64,000 nucleotides of DNA from Pecten maximus (taxonomy: Eukaryota): contig NC_047021.1 in NCBI RefSeq assembly GCF_902652985.1, positions 6,386,001 to 6,450,000 of the forward strand, read 5' to 3'. Numbering within the stretch: the stretch's first letter is position 1; each line of letters opens with the position of its first letter. A program made the position numbers and the translations under genes. Of the stretch, positions 60,540 through 64,000 are shown piece after piece. The notes beneath the pieces are model-generated. The model ran no database searches, had not been told where the DNA came from, and saw nothing but the letters and a program-made list of their open reading frames with translations.

Positions 60540-61655
60540 GTACCATGTTCCACATTCTACTCGAGTACTGTACTAGTTCCATAGATTTAGAGTACCAGGA
60601 TCCACAGTCTATATATAGCTACCAGAGTACCCGATGATGGGTATAGACTGTACTAGGTCCATAGATTTGGAGTACTAGGTCCATAGATTTGGAGTACCAG
60701 GTTCATAGATTTGGAGTACCAGGTTCTACAGTCTACCTAAGTACCTGATGATGGTATAGACTGTACTAGTTCCATAGATTTGGAGTACCAGGTTCATAGA
60801 TTTGGAGTACCAGGTTCTACAGTCTACCTAAGTACCTGATGATGGGTATAGACTGTACTAGTTCCATAGATTTGGAGTACCAGGGTCTACAGTCTACCCG
60901 AGTACCTGATGATGGGTATAGACTGTACTAGTTCCATAGATTTGGAGTACCAGGGTCTACAGTCTACCCGAGTACCTGATGATGGTATAGACTGTACTAG
61001 TTCCATAGATTTGGAGTACCAGGTTCATAGATTTGGAGTACCAGGTTCATAGATTTGGAGTACCAGGGTCCACAGCCTACCTGAGTACCCGACGATGGGT
61101 ATAGACTGTACTAGGTCCATAGATTTGGAGTACCAGGGTCTACAGTCTACCCGAGTACCTGATGATGGGTATAGACTGTACTAGGTCCATAGATTTGGAG
61201 TACCAGGTCCATAGATTTGGAGTACCAGGGTCCACAGTCTACCCGAGTACCTGATGATGGGTATAGACTGTACTAGGTCCATAGATTTGGAGTACCAGGT
61301 TCTACAATCTACCCTGAGTACCTGATGATGGGTATAGACTGTACTAGTTCCATAGATTTGGAGTACCAGGGTCTACAGTCTACCTGAGTACCTGATGATG
61401 GGTATAGACTGTACTAGTTCCATAGATTTGGAGTACCAGGGTCTACAGTCTACCCGAGTACCTGATGATGGGTATAGACTGTACTAGGTCCATAGATTTG
61501 GAGTACCAGGTTCTACAGTCTACCCGAGTACCTGATGATGGGTATAGACTGTACTAGGTCCATAGATTTGGAGTACCAGGGTCTACAGTCTACCCTGAGT
61601 ACCTGATGATGGGTATAGACTGTACTAGTTCCATAGATTTGGAGTACCAGGTTCT
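60540..61655. repeat. ~70-bp composite minisatellite with a ~21/22-bp sub-repeat
   Basis: Unit gggtatagactgtactagttccatagatttggagtaccagggtctacagtctacccgagtacctgatgat. Confidence 0.94.
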
Positions 61656-64000
61656 CATCTTAAAAGTTATACCAGGATACATAGTAAAGTATTGTTTAAG
61701 TCAAAAATTTAAGGTTTTAGGAGTGTGCTACAAACATCAATTTTAAAGCAATTGACAAAATGTTGAAAATATATATTCTCCCTAAAAATCAATAAAAGAA
61801 TTCCTTGTAGCATTTGTTTGCTCATAATGTGTATTGATTGTTGTTATTATGAAGATTGATAAGAATTCTGGAGACAATTTAGGCAGAAGGGTGAAATGGA
61901 AGTTGAAGGATATGACAGATATTTTCTGAAGTAGGAAGGTGTAGAAGAAATGGCGCTGATTACATTCTTTAAAGGCAATTAAAAGCTGACAGTGAAGGTT
62001 TGTACTGTATGTCGGATTGGTTGGGAATAAATCACAGATAGGATTTGATTTTAAAATGCTATTCTTTCAAATGAACATACACTACAGGCGCCCAATTCTA
62101 TATATCTGTCAACCAGATTGCATTTGTATTGACAATAAGTAAAAATGTTTCAGTTTATAAAAAGATACCCTCCTATGACAAAAGTATGTTCTAGTATTAA
62201 TCATATTCAAGGAAGTGTGGACATTTCCGTATGTCCTCTGTTTAGAGACAAGTACACTCCTCCGACCCTATCTAAAGTCTGTTGGTACATGCTTTCTCTC
62301 CAACACTGACCATTTGTGCAAACACAACTATAAAAGTATTCTACACCATGTGATCTGGTCGACGAAGCACGTACATTAATTGTACCTGAGGTCATACAAA
62401 TGTATTAGAGCACTGAAGATGGACGTACATTAGCAATTACTCTCAAAACAAAATTATAAATTAATCTAAAATACAAATTTTACTCCATCCATCTTTCCGT
62501 GTGCATAGTGGTTGTACAGTAGTCTATTTGACTACTATGGGAGGTCAAGGATGCACTTCTAAACATATTGCATAACACTGGAGTATTTGTGTGTTGATCA
62601 CCTTAACTTGGTGAAGTTTGACAAGGCGTCTTCTGATGGATATAACTGATAATTCTATTGTCAATATAGCTGTACAGAGATCTTCCACTCAAAGACCAAG
62701 GTAGCAGTATTTGTCTTATTTGTTCTATTTATTTTCATATGTTTCAGGACTTTTTGTTTGCCTTCCACATTTGTATCATAACTAGATTGCAATTTTTTTC
62801 TTCTATTTTACAAATACTGCAACCATTCTATGATAATTCTCTTCTATTTCCATGTTCATGTTTTGTAAATGGTATAATATGTAAAAAGCTGTGGGGAAAA
62901 ATCTAAACTCTATGTGCTGCGAGATGTGTCGCTAAGTTGTACATATATTGATCATAAAGGAGTGACAACTGGCTTGATTGGTTAACAGGTTCCGTGTCTC
63001 CCTTCATTGCTGGTGGCTGTGTTTATAGGTGACAAGAGGGGACCGACTGTAGTGACTGGCGTTGTCGGTATCGCCCTCTGGTGAGACTTGTCCTATCCAT
63101 ACGGCCTGTCCACAGGGACAGACAGCTCCCTTGGACGGCCATGGGTGTCGTGAAGTGGTCCTTTTTTTTATCAAACACCATAAGAACTCGCTTGGCAACT
63201 CAATCTTTTATAGGATCGGATGCCCATACTATCATACAAACTAAAATGTCAGCATTTCCTTAGATATCATGACTACAACATACTGTCATCATAAAGGAAT
63301 ATCTTAAAAATGATTTCCAAAAACTGAAACTTCATATACATTGTATATATTTTCTAAAAATCTCAGTTAGAGGATTTTTTAATTTACACTGTCAGATTTA
63401 ATATTCATCTACAATATATATTAATGTACGTATACAATTTAACAGGGTCTTTGATTCTTATATAAAATTAAATCAATCTAATCAATGAGCTGTTTAGGTA
63501 GAGCGACTAAAAAGTCATATATGATACATGCATCAATGTACAAATTATTTCCTCAGAGAATCCTCCTGGTCAATTGATTACTTTAAAGATGAAATGTTTT
63601 TGAATTTTCATCTGCCTGCTACATCCCTACACCCATTCTAGGGATATTTCTTGCCATGATTATACACTGTTTTTTATACTGCCAATGATTCTACACCTCA
63701 ATAATATCTCTAGGAGGAGGAAGATATCACAAAACCCTAGCTACCCAGGCAGTCTACATTATTATTGAGGGCCTGAAACCCCTTAAGGGAGACTTCATTA
63801 TCTCAAAGAGGCTGAAAATGTCACAAAAACCCTGGAGTAACAGGTAGACTTCATCATTATTGAAGATCTGAATCCGCTAAAGGGAGGTGTCAATATCTTT
63901 AAGAGGCTGAAAGTATCACACAAGAATTTATTGTCTCGCATGTCATCATTTATATTAAGTCATCATTTGGTGTTTATTTTCTCGCATGTCATCATTTATA

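Noticed and set aside
5397-61655. CRISPR-like appearance of the regular repeats
   Set aside because: Units are head-to-tail with no unique spacers, there are no cas genes, and the context is eukaryotic and spliced.
62200-63300. Possible decayed coding sequence on the minus strand (faint P-loop-like stretch near 62700-62860)
   Set aside because: The motif is too degenerate to support without a tBLASTn or HMM search.
58500-64000. Upstream TBC1D30 exon expected to end in QIVK-like sequence
   Set aside because: No convincing match was found. caagttaag|gtgatc at ~62600 lacks the surrounding homology, so the exon is probably beyond the window.

Overview
Eukaryotic, intron-rich, AT-rich DNA, most likely from a bivalve mollusc (inferred from the Helentron-associated elements, the SINE type and the gelsolin type). 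The window holds two convergent genes. On + is a complete 13-coding-exon, three-domain gelsolin/severin-like gene (9331-33042, 371 aa by my splice model). On - is the 3' part of TBC1D30 (7 exons, 58492 down to 44530; its 5' exons were not found). The left end is a decayed ISL2EU-like DNA transposon (THAP on +, SWIM plus YqaJ exonuclease on -). Other mobile DNA includes an L1/Tx1 3' fragment, two Helentron-associated non-autonomous elements, a tRNA-derived SINE and a MITE with a 5-bp TSD. By rough summation about 45% of the window is tandem arrays, almost all with a private 13-82 bp unit. The most striking pattern is that several arrays are amplified copies of the host genes' own splice junctions. 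One is a ladder of six in-frame donors adding 20 aa per step. Another is a roughly 39-copy array in which each unit parses as AG / 36-nt stop-free phase-0 micro-exon / GT with a 25-nt spacer. There is also a ladder of eight decoy donors, a triplicated acceptor and a dead duplicate exon. Whether any of these copies are used in splicing cannot be determined without RNA data. The long repetitive ORFs in the track are satellite artefacts.
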